The translations under genes and the position numbers were made by a program. A DNA stretch of 64,000 bases from a virus: positions 1-64,000 of IMG/VR virus record IMGVR_UViG_3300043313_001352; one strand, written 5' to 3'. The notes beneath the pieces are model-generated. The model worked only from the letters and a program-made list of their open reading frames with translations, ran no database searches and had not been told where the DNA came from. Shown here piece by piece: positions 19,571 through 28,876 of the stretch. How positions within the stretch are numbered: the stretch's first letter is position 1; every line of letters starts with the position of its first letter.

Positions 19571-20013
19571 GTGATGTTTGCCTAAACGGGTGGACAGTAG
19601 GGGTAGAGGGATAGAAGTGCAGGGCTCGGGGGAAAGGGGGGAGGGGATGATCCGCCTGTGCAAGCAGATCTTTGTGTGTAGCCGTCGTGGGCACGTGGAA
19701 TGGCCCGAAGGGGCGGTCAACCCGCTGTGCTGGCGCTGCGGGAAGTGGCTGGAAGGGACTGAACCGGCTCCACTGAGCATGAGACGCCTGTAGGAGGGGC
19801 CGGACCGGGTGCGGGAGCGCACACTGGTGGTTATGCAACCACGTCCGCGCAAGCGACTGATCTACGTGGGACTGACCGACCTGGTGCACCGCTACCGTGC
19901 CCGGTTCGGGGTGTGCCGCCGGGAGGGGCACTCGCCGTTCTGGTACGAGGAGTGGGGAATCTTCTGCTACCGATGTCATCGACGGGTAGCTGACGGCTGG
20001 TGGGAGATCAGTA

Positions 20014-20457
20014 GTGGCGGAGGCGGGCGGAGTAGCGAGGCTGGAGGCGGGTGAGCTGGCCTACCTGGCCGGTGTGCTGGACACCCGTGCGATCGTGCGG
20101 ACCCGGCTCGCTCCTGGATCCGGGACGGTGCTGCCGTATGTCGCCATCTCCTGTGGAGATGGCGACCTCCTGCAGTGGCTGGGGGAGATCACCGGAGTGC
20201 GCTCGATCGTGACGCAGCGGTCCTACGACAAGCACCGGTGCCTGGAGCACTGCACCAAGGCGCACGAGCACATCCGGTCGGTCTCGGGGCGCTGGTCGCT
20301 GACCGGGATCCGGGCGACGGTGGTGCTGATCGGGACGCGGGAGTGGGTGCGGTTCCACGAGGAAGCCTGGGACCGGGGGATCGTGGCCGGGCTCGAAGCT
20401 CCGCGCAAGGAGGGGGTGCTGCGAAAGATGGCGGCGCTCGGCTGGCCGGTGCCGTAG
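20014..20457 (+). CDS. LAGLIDADG-like protein with degenerate motif
   Basis: ELAYLAGVLDTRAIV...VAISCGDGDLLQWLGEITG resembles a single LAGLIDADG domain. Confidence 0.55.
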   Translation: MAEAGGVARLEAGELAYLAGVLDTRAIVRTRLAPGSGTVLPYVAISCGDGDLLQWLGEITGVRSIVTQRSYDKHRCLEHCTKAHEHIRSVSGRWSLTGIRATVVLIGTREWVRFHEEAWDRGIVAGLEAPRKEGVLRKMAALGWPVP

Positions 20458-20469
20458 CCTGTTGGCGCA

Positions 20470-21186
20470 ATGACAGCGACGAGACAGACAGATGATGCAG
20501 TGATGAACGAGACCTTCAACTTCGAGGACTGGCGGGTAGGGAACACCTACTGGACCAGCGACTGGCACTGGGGCCACGAGCGGATCATCGAGCTGTGCAA
20601 CCGACCGTTCAAGTCGGTGAGCGAGATGAACCGGGAGATCCTGGACCGGGTGAACTCGGTGGTCACCGGCCGGGACACGCTGGTGATCCTGGGCGACGTG
20701 ATCATGGGCACGTTCGAGGAGACGGTGAAGCTGCTCGCGCAGCTGCGCGCCAAGCGGATCTGGATCATCCCCGGCAACCACGACCGGTTCTCCCGCGCCT
20801 ACTCCCACCGCGGCGGGCCGGAGGCCCAGCAGACGTCGCGCGAGCTGTGGCGGCTGAAGTACGAGGCGGCGCACGGTATCCGGGGACGGCTGATCCGCGC
20901 GGAGCCGGACGTGGTGCCCTCGGTGTGGGGCGGGGTGATCGCCGGGCAGCCGGTGGCGCTCTCGCACTTCCCGTACCAGGGGGACTCCGGCAAGACCGAC
21001 CGGCATCGCTGGCTGCGGCCGACCGATGAGGGGCTGCCGCTGATCCACGGGCACGTGCACACCGCGTGGCGGACCCAAGGGCGTCAGTTCAACGTCGGGG
21101 TCGACGTGAACGACTTCGCGCCGGTCTCGGAGGCGGTGCTGGCCGCGTGGCTGGAGCACCTGCGGATGGCGGAGTACGCGGGCTGA
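20470..21186 (+). CDS. Calcineurin-like metallophosphoesterase
   Basis: SDWHWGH, LGD, PGNHD, SHFP, IHGHVH, NVGVD motifs; start may be 20503. Confidence 0.92.
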   Translation: MTATRQTDDAVMNETFNFEDWRVGNTYWTSDWHWGHERIIELCNRPFKSVSEMNREILDRVNSVVTGRDTLVILGDVIMGTFEETVKLLAQLRAKRIWIIPGNHDRFSRAYSHRGGPEAQQTSRELWRLKYEAAHGIRGRLIRAEPDVVPSVWGGVIAGQPVALSHFPYQGDSGKTDRHRWLRPTDEGLPLIHGHVHTAWRTQGRQFNVGVDVNDFAPVSEAVLAAWLEHLRMAEYAG

Positions 21187-21227
21187 GGGTCTAGCGTTGA
21201 CGTTGGGGAATCCTTATAGTGGCAATC
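21187..21227 (+). promoter_or_regulatory. 41-bp repeated upstream element, copy 1
   Basis: GGGTCTAGCG-n5-GTTGGGGAATCCTTATAGTGGCAATC; see 22159. Confidence 0.55.
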
Positions 21228-21251
21228 CTATTGCTACTCAAAGGGGACCTG

Positions 21252-21749
21252 ATGGACATAACGACGAGAACGGGACGGGCTGGACTCGCGGCGCTGGCGC
21301 TGGTGGGGACGTTGGGAGTGGGTGCGGCAGCGCCTGCCTCGGCCGCCGGGTCGTCGTGCCGGGGCTACGTGAAGGCCGCGCACGACATCCGCTGGAGTTC
21401 GTTCGTCGGGCACCGGGTGGTCGCGGACTTCACGGTCTGCGGCTATCGGCACTACGGCCAGCCGATCGGGCCGGTCCGGTACGGGCTGCGCGGGATGAGC
21501 AAGCCGGTGATCGCGCTGCAGAACCGGATCCCGTTCGCGGGTGGGGAGACGCTGACGGTGATCACGCCGGTGTACCACTACTCGACGACGTCGCGGTACT
21601 TCAAGTACCGCTGGGTGCTGAGTCAGGGGCACGTGGCCACGCCGAAGCTGCACCAGAACTGGCACATGGAGCTGCAGGTCCGGCGGCAAGGCTCGCCGGT
21701 GGCCAGGATGTGCTTCGTGGGGCGCTCGTGCAGTGGCTGGCAGAACTGA
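21252..21749 (+). CDS. Secreted protein
   Basis: Basic N-terminus, hydrophobic core, APASA cleavage site. Confidence 0.7.
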   Translation: MDITTRTGRAGLAALALVGTLGVGAAAPASAAGSSCRGYVKAAHDIRWSSFVGHRVVADFTVCGYRHYGQPIGPVRYGLRGMSKPVIALQNRIPFAGGETLTVITPVYHYSTTSRYFKYRWVLSQGHVATPKLHQNWHMELQVRRQGSPVARMCFVGRSCSGWQN

Positions 21750-21750
21750 G

Positions 21751-21990
21751 ATGGAGAGGGAGATGGAGAGGGTGGAGACGATGGAGCGGACGATGAGAGT
21801 GCGCGTGGCCGCCGCGGCCGGGATCGCGGTGGGGCTGCTGTGCGCGGTGTGGCTGCTCGCGCACCCGGAGTCCCCGGTGCTGGTGTTCGTGGCGATGGTC
21901 GGGTTCGCGCTGTTCCTGGTGCTGGGGTTGGTGATGACGGTGGTCTGGGCGGTGCAGTGGGTCCGGGGGAGGCGGAGAGCCGGGTCGTAG
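21751..21990 (+). CDS. Small two-TM membrane protein
   Basis: Two hydrophobic stretches. Confidence 0.55.
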   Translation: MEREMERVETMERTMRVRVAAAAGIAVGLLCAVWLLAHPESPVLVFVAMVGFALFLVLGLVMTVVWAVQWVRGRRRAGS

Positions 21991-22158
21991 GTTGGGGAAT
22001 GTGTATAGTGACAACGTGCTCGCGCCACTCCGCTCCGGTGGGCGACGTGGGTACGGACCTGGCGGGTCTACTCATGCGGGGGAGACCCGCCGGGGACAGG
22101 GAGAGCCAGGCCGGACCAAGGTGCTCTTGGTCCGGTCTGGTCTATAGGGGTGCGCGCC

Positions 22159-22199
22159 GGGTCTAGCGGTGGGGTTGGAGAATCCCTAGGGTGGCAATC
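22159..22199 (+). promoter_or_regulatory. 41-bp repeated upstream element, copy 2
   Basis: GGGTCTAGCG-n5-GTTGGAGAATCCCTAGGGTGGCAATC. Confidence 0.55.
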
Positions 22200-22230
22200 T
22201 CGCCTTGTCACCTACCTCTGGGGGATCCCC

Positions 22231-22653
22231 ATGCGTGTGCCTAGATCACTCCGCCTGTTCGCTGCTCTTCTGACCGGCTTCCTGCTGGTCCTCGGCACTG
22301 TCGTGGGGGTCGCCCCCGCTCAAGCTGCCAAGCCCTCGTGGCACGGCTCCTACATCCAGGTCACCAAGGTCAGTCCTGACACGGTGACCGCCCGGATCCG
22401 GTGTCCGCTCGACCCCAACCCCAACGGCACCCAGCACTTCTTCCTCACCGCCACCCGTGCCGACGGCACCCACGTCAGCTACAGCGCTGACGTGGTGCAG
22501 TACTGCGACATGCGGCGCCACCACGTCACCCTGCAGCGGACCACCACCGACGCAGCGCTGGTACCTGGTGAGCGAGTCGACCTGTACGGCTCGATCGCCG
22601 GAGACGGTGGCGAGGTCAACGTCTGGTACACCGGCTGGAAGGTGCAACGATGA
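22231..22653 (+). CDS. Secreted protein
   Basis: Signal peptide ending APAQA. Confidence 0.7.
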   Translation: MRVPRSLRLFAALLTGFLLVLGTVVGVAPAQAAKPSWHGSYIQVTKVSPDTVTARIRCPLDPNPNGTQHFFLTATRADGTHVSYSADVVQYCDMRRHHVTLQRTTTDAALVPGERVDLYGSIAGDGGEVNVWYTGWKVQR

Positions 22654-23126
22654 GGCCGCTGCGCGGACTCATCGTGGCTGTGCTGCTGGGGCTCGGTCTG
22701 GTAGCGGTCCCGTCGACCGCGCAGGCTGCACCGGCACCCTCGATCAAGGTCACCAACATCTCCCGCGGGGTGATCGGGGAGACCGACTTCGGGGCAGCGA
22801 CGGTGACGTTCACGATCACGTTCAAGTGCCAGCACACCTCAGATGACGTGTTCCTGCAGATCGAGACCGCGGTGACCCAGGGACCGGGCTCAGGGCACGT
22901 CGGACCGAACGGTGACGCGGCGTTCGGCTTCGGGTCGACCCGCTGCACCGGGTCGGCCCAGCACGCGAAGGTGGTGAACATCTCCGACCCGTTCTACGAG
23001 GACATCGCCTTCGAGCCGGGGACGGCAACCGCACGAGCCACCGTGTACGGCTGCCCGAGTGAGGAAACCGAGTTCTGCAACGGATTCATCAACGAGAAGA
23101 CCACAACGATCAGGCTGGTGAAGTGA
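22650..23126 (+). CDS. Secreted protein
   Basis: Signal peptide ending TAQA. Confidence 0.7.
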   Translation: MRPLRGLIVAVLLGLGLVAVPSTAQAAPAPSIKVTNISRGVIGETDFGAATVTFTITFKCQHTSDDVFLQIETAVTQGPGSGHVGPNGDAAFGFGSTRCTGSAQHAKVVNISDPFYEDIAFEPGTATARATVYGCPSEETEFCNGFINEKTTTIRLVK

Positions 23127-24478
23127 TGAGAAGGAAGAAGCTCGGAATCATCGCAGCGCTCAGTGCGCTGCTGGCGACCTGTCTGGTCGCCGTCGGAACG
23201 GGGACGGCCACCGCGGTGTCGTACCCGACGCTGGAGTCGATCACCTGGTCACCCGAGGCGGTGGTGTTCAGCTCGGATGACACCAAGGTGCACGTCACCG
23301 CCACGCTGCGGGTCACCAACGCCTCCGACAGCGCGTACAAGGTCTTCAAGGAGGCGTACGTCACCGACGCCAACTGCGAGTTCTTCTCCGTGTGCCCGCG
23401 CTACCTGATCGCCGACGCCCAGCCGACGCGAGTCGGTGACGTCGACATCATCAGGCTCTCGGGAGACATCCCGAACACGCACGCGAACGGGTCGCTGATC
23501 AGGTCCGAGGGAGCGGGGCTCTCGTCGGTCCGGGCCAGGTTCGCCTACGGGAACGCCGCCGGGGGCACCTACACCTCCGGCACCGCGGTGCTGCCTGCCT
23601 ACTCCGACCAGCGGATTCGGGTGGACGCCCCGAACACGATCCGGCAGGGCGGGGCGCTCACGGTCAAGGCCGTCGCGGAACGGTTCGACCGAGCCTGGGT
23701 GCCGAACGCGGCGACGCTGCAGCTGCAGTTCGCCCCGGACGGCGGCTCGTACTCCGGTGTGGGGTCGGCGGTGGCCACCGGGCAGGACGGGAACGCGGTC
23801 TTCAACGTGCCCGCCGTCGGGGACGCAGGCAACTGGCGAGTGGTCACCACCGCGCCGCCGGGTGGGCGGACAGTGGCTAGTCCCGCTGTCCATGTGGGCT
23901 TTGCGGCGGCGCCCCCGGCTACGCCGAGTGCACCGCTGGTGACGCTCGCGAACGCCTCGACGACCGCGCTGCTGTTCAACGTCGACGCACCGGCCGTCGG
24001 GGCACCGATCACCTCCTACCGGTGGACCTGGACCGGGGGCGGGCGGACCCGGTCGGCCGTGGTTCCGGCCGGGTCGCAGGGCGCGACCTACCGGATCGGC
24101 GGGCTGCGGCCGGGAACCGTGTACGCGGTCACGGCGCAGGCCGTGAACGCCTCGGGGCCGGGTGAGGTGACCCGGCTCGCCGGACGCACCAAGCGAGTGG
24201 CCCCCGCGGTCAACCCGCCCGGACCGCCGCGGGTGGCGGGCTCGGCAGGCAACCACCGGGTGACCATCCGCTGGACCACGCCGCGTGCTGGGGGAGCCCG
24301 GATCGACCGGTACCAGGTGCACCGCTACCGGGCCAACCGGTTCGTCGGGCCGCGGGTGCACCGGGTGACCTTCGGCGGGCTGGCCAACAACCGGACCTAC
24401 ACGCTGTTCGTCCGGGCGCACAACAAGGCCGGATGGGGCGCCTGGTCCCGCGGGGTGCCGCTGAGGCCGCACCGGTAG
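23123..24478 (+). CDS. Secreted protein with two fibronectin type III domains
   Basis: Signal peptide; GAPITSY...GLRPGTVYAVTAQAVNASG and GARIDRY...GLANNRTYTLFVRAHNKAGWGAWS. Confidence 0.85.
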   Translation: MMRRKKLGIIAALSALLATCLVAVGTGTATAVSYPTLESITWSPEAVVFSSDDTKVHVTATLRVTNASDSAYKVFKEAYVTDANCEFFSVCPRYLIADAQPTRVGDVDIIRLSGDIPNTHANGSLIRSEGAGLSSVRARFAYGNAAGGTYTSGTAVLPAYSDQRIRVDAPNTIRQGGALTVKAVAERFDRAWVPNAATLQLQFAPDGGSYSGVGSAVATGQDGNAVFNVPAVGDAGNWRVVTTAPPGGRTVASPAVHVGFAAAPPATPSAPLVTLANASTTALLFNVDAPAVGAPITSYRWTWTGGGRTRSAVVPAGSQGATYRIGGLRPGTVYAVTAQAVNASGPGEVTRLAGRTKRVAPAVNPPGPPRVAGSAGNHRVTIRWTTPRAGGARIDRYQVHRYRANRFVGPRVHRVTFGGLANNRTYTLFVRAHNKAGWGAWSRGVPLRPHR

Positions 24479-24567
24479 TAGGGGCAGCAGCTGAGCTAGC
24501 TGGCACAACAGGGGCCGCGCCGGACCACCGGGCGCGGTCCCTGTTGCTGTGTCGGGGGTGGGGTGGG

Positions 24568-24996
24568 TCAGGTGATCTCGCGGCGCAGGGCGCGCGCCCG
24601 GTCGGGGGGAACGATGTCGTCTTGGGTGTCGGTGAAGGCGCGAGGGAGGCCACAGGTGAATACCAGAAGCCAGCCCAGGGAGAAGGCGGGGAGCACCCAG
24701 AGGATGGCCCAACCGAGTTGATCGGCGAGGTACAGGGTGGTGCCGACGATGGCGGTGAGGCCCGCGTAGCTGAGGATGACGCGGATCAGGGCTTGGCGCC
24801 GCCGGTGGGCGAGGTATCGGGTGCGGCGGGCGACGACGGTTGGGGCGGTGACGAGCCGGGTGTGGTCGCAGAAGCCCCACCGGGCGGCGTCGAGGATGCA
24901 CTGGTTGGTGTGCTGGGGGAGCGGCCCGAAGGATCGGTGCCGGGAGGGGTCGGAGGGGGAGGGGTCCGGGGGCGGCAGGTGGGGCTCGGGGGTCAT
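24568..24996 (-). CDS. Membrane protein
   Basis: Two TM segments. Confidence 0.55.
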   Translation of the reverse strand: MTPEPHLPPPDPSPSDPSRHRSFGPLPQHTNQCILDAARWGFCDHTRLVTAPTVVARRTRYLAHRRRQALIRVILSYAGLTAIVGTTLYLADQLGWAILWVLPAFSLGWLLVFTCGLPRAFTDTQDDIVPPDRARALRREIT

Positions 24997-25601
24997 CAGT
25001 CGGAGGGGGTGGGGGTCGGGGTGAAGTGGAACAGCCAGTCCTGCTGGGTCGGGGTGTAGGAGGTGATCGAGAGCAGCCCGGAGGCGGATTGGTAGTCACC
25101 TGTTCCTCCGGTGATGGTGAAGGACAGGTCCGCGTCCGGGGGCTCCGCGAGCGCGTCGTTCTCGATCATCGCGCCCGCGAAGGTGATCTGGCCGCGCGGC
25201 GTGAGCGCCGTGCCCGTGCAGATGGTGCGGATGGCCTTGTCCGCGACCGCGGTGCAGTGCAGCGCCGCCTGGCCGGTCGGGGTCAGGCCGCGGGGAGTGT
25301 CGTTGGTCGTCTTCGAGTCGGGGTAGGGGCGGGGGAGTGGTTCGCCCGGCTCGGCGTGGAACAGGTTGGCGGTCAACACGATGTCCTGGGCACGGGCGGG
25401 AAGGGGTGGCTGGGGCGGGATCAGGGCGCGGACCTGGAGGTCGTCGAGGTCGGTCGGGTTGGTGTCGGCGGCCGGGGTGGAGGGGTCGTTGGAGGACGGG
25501 GGCCGGACCAGCAGCACGATCAGGATCACCACGGCGGTGGCGGAGAGGGTGATCAGCAGGGCCAGCAGCAGGGTCCGAGGCGTGATCCGGGTGTGCGACA
25601 T
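24996..25601 (-). CDS. Membrane-anchored protein with dirigent/allene-oxide-cyclase-like barrel
   Basis: N-terminal TM; FTITGGTGDYQSASG motif. Confidence 0.55.
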   Translation of the reverse strand: MSHTRITPRTLLLALLITLSATAVVILIVLLVRPPSSNDPSTPAADTNPTDLDDLQVRALIPPQPPLPARAQDIVLTANLFHAEPGEPLPRPYPDSKTTNDTPRGLTPTGQAALHCTAVADKAIRTICTGTALTPRGQITFAGAMIENDALAEPPDADLSFTITGGTGDYQSASGLLSITSYTPTQQDWLFHFTPTPTPSD

Positions 25602-25849
25602 GGCTCAGTCTCGCATGGAGTGGGGAAGAGTGAGAGTCCAACCGGGGGGATTTGGTGGGGGGCGGGGAGGGGGTGGCGGGGGAAGCGGGGATTGGCGAGA
25701 TCGAGTTCGCCAAGGCGGGGGAGGCGGTGCGAGGGGTGGGAGCTGAAAGTGTGCCTCCTCAGGAACCCCTCAGGATCGTGTTCCGACCTGCGTCAGGGGC
25801 CGCACCCGCTCGCACCGGGCACGACCCCGGCGACGCGTCCCGAGCGTGT

Positions 25850-26220
25850 GTCTCAGCCTCTCAGACGCGCTGCAGCGTGCCTAGGGCGCGCTGGGAGCCT
25901 CGCAGGCGCGCTGGGAGCCTCGCAGGGAGCACTGGGCACGTGCTGAGCACACGAGCGCGTGCACGACGAGCACAGGCACGAGCATGCCGATGCGCTGCAG
26001 CACTGAGCACGAGCATGCCTGTGCTGAGAGAGGCAGAGGCAGAGGCAGGCAAGCACAGGCAGGCACAGGCAGGGAGCAGGTGAGTGCACAGGCCAGCCTC
26101 AGGGAGGGAGCCCTGCCTCGTCAGGCAGGGATAAGGGAGAGGCTGGCCTGTGCTTCCCCTGGTCCTGTGTACCCCTGCCCTGCCTGTTCAGACACTGGGC
26201 TAGCACGATTGGTCAGTGTT
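25850..26220. repeat. Non-coding low-complexity and nested inverted-repeat segment
   Basis: 20-bp tandem repeat 25885-25924; GAGCAC/GGCA reiterations; 15-bp IR 26086-26100/26139-26153. Confidence 0.75.
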
Positions 26221-26227
26221 TGGACGA

Positions 26228-26276
26228 TGGTGTAGGCTGTTCCTAGGAACAGCCCACCACGACGTAAGGACCCACC
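26228..26276 (+). promoter_or_regulatory. First promoter of the array (no upstream box)
   Basis: TGGTG-TAGGCT, palindrome GGCTGTTCCTAGGAACAGCC, CACGACGTAAGGAC. Confidence 0.7.
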
Positions 26277-26555
26277 ATGGCCACCTCCCTCTCCACCATC
26301 GGAGGCATCACTGCCTATCGCGAGACGCGTCCTGTCTGCGCGCACGACGCCTCGACTGCTGCGCGCGTGGGCACCGACACCATCGCCAGCGTCTGGGAGT
26401 GCGACGACTGCGAGCGTCAGGTCCCCTTCACCGGCGAGGACTACGCCTTCTGCAACGCGCAGGCGTGGACGCCTCGCGCACCCGAGGGGATCGCGCGCCT
26501 CGCGTGGACCCTCATGGGTGACGCGGCACGGCGCGCCCACCTGCTCGCAGGCTGA
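26277..26555 (+). CDS. Hypothetical protein
   Basis: Promoter and leader upstream. Confidence 0.65.
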   Translation: MATSLSTIGGITAYRETRPVCAHDASTAARVGTDTIASVWECDDCERQVPFTGEDYAFCNAQAWTPRAPEGIARLAWTLMGDAARRAHLLAG

Positions 26556-26625
26556 CCGCATCCCGCATCTGCCCGGTCCCGACAGGGGCCGGGCAGTGCT
26601 GCGTCCTGGGGTCACCGCATGCCAG

Positions 26626-26722
26626 CTGACGTTTACGCAGCGTCACCGCATCCCGCATCCCCTCTGACTGCACGCTGTGGTAGGCTTACGTCAGTAAGCC
26701 ACCAACGACGTAAGGACTCGCC
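26626..26722 (+). promoter_or_regulatory. Box/promoter/leader module 1
   Basis: CTGACGTTTACGCAG ends 26640; TAGGCT at 26681; GGCTTAC-gtca-GTAAGCC. Confidence 0.8.
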
Positions 26723-27133
26723 ATGACTGCCCCCCTCGCCCCCGGCCACGCCCCCTCCATCCCCTGCCAGACCGAGCGCGAGCGGATGCTCAACTCCCTG
26801 TTCACCACTGCCCTTGAGGGTGGCATCGGCTACTGGTCGCAGTGCACGGAGTACCGGTGGCACGTGGCAGGCACCGACGCAGTCGAGGCTCTCGACTTCA
26901 TCGCGGTGATCATCGAGACCGGAGACGGAGACGGCACCGACCAGTTCGTGATCGACCAGTCGGTGATCAAGCGTGGCATCCGCAAGGCGCACGCGCGCGG
27001 CAACTGGAACGACTACGTCACCGCTGCGCTGCGGGACCTGACGTTCGGCAACTGGGACGAGGTCGACTACGACTCCGACGTGGCCGACATCGTCGTCCAG
27101 TTCGGGCTCTGGGACGAGTACCGCTACGCCTGA
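26723..27133 (+). CDS. Conserved phage hypothetical protein
   Basis: TTALEGGIGYW...DSDVADIVVQFGLWDEYRY. Confidence 0.75.
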   Translation: MTAPLAPGHAPSIPCQTERERMLNSLFTTALEGGIGYWSQCTEYRWHVAGTDAVEALDFIAVIIETGDGDGTDQFVIDQSVIKRGIRKAHARGNWNDYVTAALRDLTFGNWDEVDYDSDVADIVVQFGLWDEYRYA

Positions 27134-27180
27134 CCGGCGAGCCCGGCGCCAGCTGCCTCGGCAGCTGGCGTGCGAGGCGG

Positions 27181-27308
27181 AACGTCAGTGACGTTTACGC
27201 AGCGGCCCGGCGGCCCGGCGCCTGGCCTGGAAGGCGCGCGATGCGCGGGATGGCTGCACGGTGTGGTAGGCTTACGTCAGTAAGCCACAACGACGTAAGG
27301 ACAGAACG
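27181..27308 (+). promoter_or_regulatory. Module 2
   Basis: AACGTCAGTGACGTTTACGCAG ends 27202; TAGGCT at 27267. Confidence 0.8.
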
Positions 27309-27503
27309 ATGCAGGTCGACACGAACTGGAAGCCGGGAGCCTCCGACCGCGAGCGCTCCGCCCGTGAGCACGGCGCATGGGTGGTTCGCCCGCACGGCAC
27401 CCGTGCTCGGGACAACCGCTCGCGTGAGGCTCGCGACTGGCAGGCTGAGGCTCGCGACGAGGTCGAGGCTCTCGGGCTGGCCATGGTCGGGGGTGCCCGA
27501 TGA
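27309..27503 (+). CDS. Small hypothetical protein
   Basis: Leader upstream. Confidence 0.6.
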   Translation: MQVDTNWKPGASDRERSAREHGAWVVRPHGTRARDNRSREARDWQAEARDEVEALGLAMVGGAR

Positions 27504-28003
27504 GCGTCACCTTCTCGATCGAGGCCAACTTCACCGGCGCCTTCACCGCGCACTGCTACGAGGGCGACGTCACCCTCGGGCCGGTCGAGGGCTACGAGGC
27601 GATCGTGCCGCTGCTCGACGCGCACAAGGCGACGTGCGAGGACTGCGCGGCGTACGGGCTGCACTCCCAAGCCGTGCTCGACGTGGACGACACGCTCGAC
27701 CTCAACGTCTCCAACCTCAACGCGCGCACCCTGCTGATCGCGCTCGGGCTGGACGACGGCGACGACCTCTGCGGCACGCTCGACGGCGAGGACTTCCTCG
27801 GCCGGGTGCTGCTCGCGCTGGCCACCGACCGCGACGACTCGGGCGTGCCGTACGCCATCGTCGGTGGCGCGGAGGTCGGCCAGTCCGGCGCGACCGTGAT
27901 CGACTGCGGCCGGTCGGTCGGTTACTTCGCGGACCGGTTCGGCGCGCTGCACGCGCTCGCGCTGGAAGCCGTGCGGCTCGGGCGGGGCGTGGTCTGGTCC
28001 TGA
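27500..28003 (+). CDS. Hypothetical phage protein
   Basis: LNVSNLNARTLLIALG; ATGA coupling. Confidence 0.7.
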   Translation: MSVTFSIEANFTGAFTAHCYEGDVTLGPVEGYEAIVPLLDAHKATCEDCAAYGLHSQAVLDVDDTLDLNVSNLNARTLLIALGLDDGDDLCGTLDGEDFLGRVLLALATDRDDSGVPYAIVGGAEVGQSGATVIDCGRSVGYFADRFGALHALALEAVRLGRGVVWS

Positions 28004-28064
28004 GCGCACCTCAGCGCGCCGTGGCCCCTCGCCGGGCACGGCGCGCTAGGCGCGTCAGCTCGGG

Positions 28065-28271
28065 CTAGAAGTAGCCGGGCGTGTCCTTCTTGGGCGCGTT
28101 CATGTCCTCGCGCGTGTGCTCGCCCTTCTTGACGGGGTCCGCCTCGTCCTGCAGGTAGTACTCCTGCTCGCGGGCGTTGGCGTGCTCGTGCCCCGGCTTC
28201 TGCGTCCGGGTGCCCGGCATGTCGTCCCAGGACTCCGGGTAGGTGCTGGGCTCGTTGCTCGACTGGCTCAT
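28065..28271 (-). CDS. Small hydrophilic protein, antisense to the array
   Basis: GAGAGGA RBS; MSQSSNEPSTYPESW. Confidence 0.5.
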   Translation of the reverse strand: MSQSSNEPSTYPESWDDMPGTRTQKPGHEHANAREQEYYLQDEADPVKKGEHTREDMNAPKKDTPGYF

Positions 28272-28345
28272 CGGACTGATCCTCTCGGGGGTGGTCCTCG
28301 TCCTTGCAGGGTACGCGCTTGCGGCGTGGTTAGCGATACACAAAG

Positions 28346-28551
28346 CACTGACGTTTACGCAGCCCTCCCCCTGCTCGCAGCCCCGACGATCGGGAGCGTG
28401 GGAGCCCGACGATTGGTAGCGGACGCAACGGTGTGGTACGCTTACGTCAGTAAGCGAGACACCCGCTACGGATGCGAAACCGTGGGGTCTGACTGGAATC
28501 TCAGACCGGGGGTCCCGCTCACTCCCCCGACACACGACGTAAGGACACCCG
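28346..28551 (+). promoter_or_regulatory. Module 3, with structured insert in leader
   Basis: Box ends 28362; TACGCT at 28437. Confidence 0.8.
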
Positions 28552-28875
28552 ATGACCGAGACCGTGACCCTCCTCCCGACCGTGCGCATCTGGCGCACCC
28601 GGTTCTTCGAGGCGGACGTCTGGGAGGGCGACTTCCCCCGCGACGACACGCGCAGCGAGGACTTCGACTTCGACGTCGAGGACTGCATCGAGGGCGCCGT
28701 GCGCGTGCTCCAGCGCGAGGGCTTGACCTTCACCGCCACCGGCACGGACTGGGCCGGGAATCCGGACGGCACCGTGATCATCGACTACGGCACCGCGCAG
28801 CGCGAGGAGACCACCGGTCACTTGATCGGCTTCACCGCTGAGCAGACCGCGACGATCATCGAGCGGGTGGGCTGA
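28552..28875 (+). CDS. Acidic hypothetical protein
   Basis: Leader upstream. Confidence 0.7.
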   Translation: MTETVTLLPTVRIWRTRFFEADVWEGDFPRDDTRSEDFDFDVEDCIEGAVRVLQREGLTFTATGTDWAGNPDGTVIIDYGTAQREETTGHLIGFTAEQTATIIERVG

Positions 28876-28876
28876 C

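Noticed and set aside
23249-25099. 616-aa minus-strand ORF
   Set aside because: Pro/Arg-rich shadow frame overlapping better-supported genes.
25652-26235. Short ORFs in the low-complexity segment
   Set aside because: Repeat-derived, with composition unlike coding DNA.
28456-28530. tRNA gene
   Set aside because: No T-loop GTTCRA, no proper acceptor stem or CCA; the loop is 8 nt.
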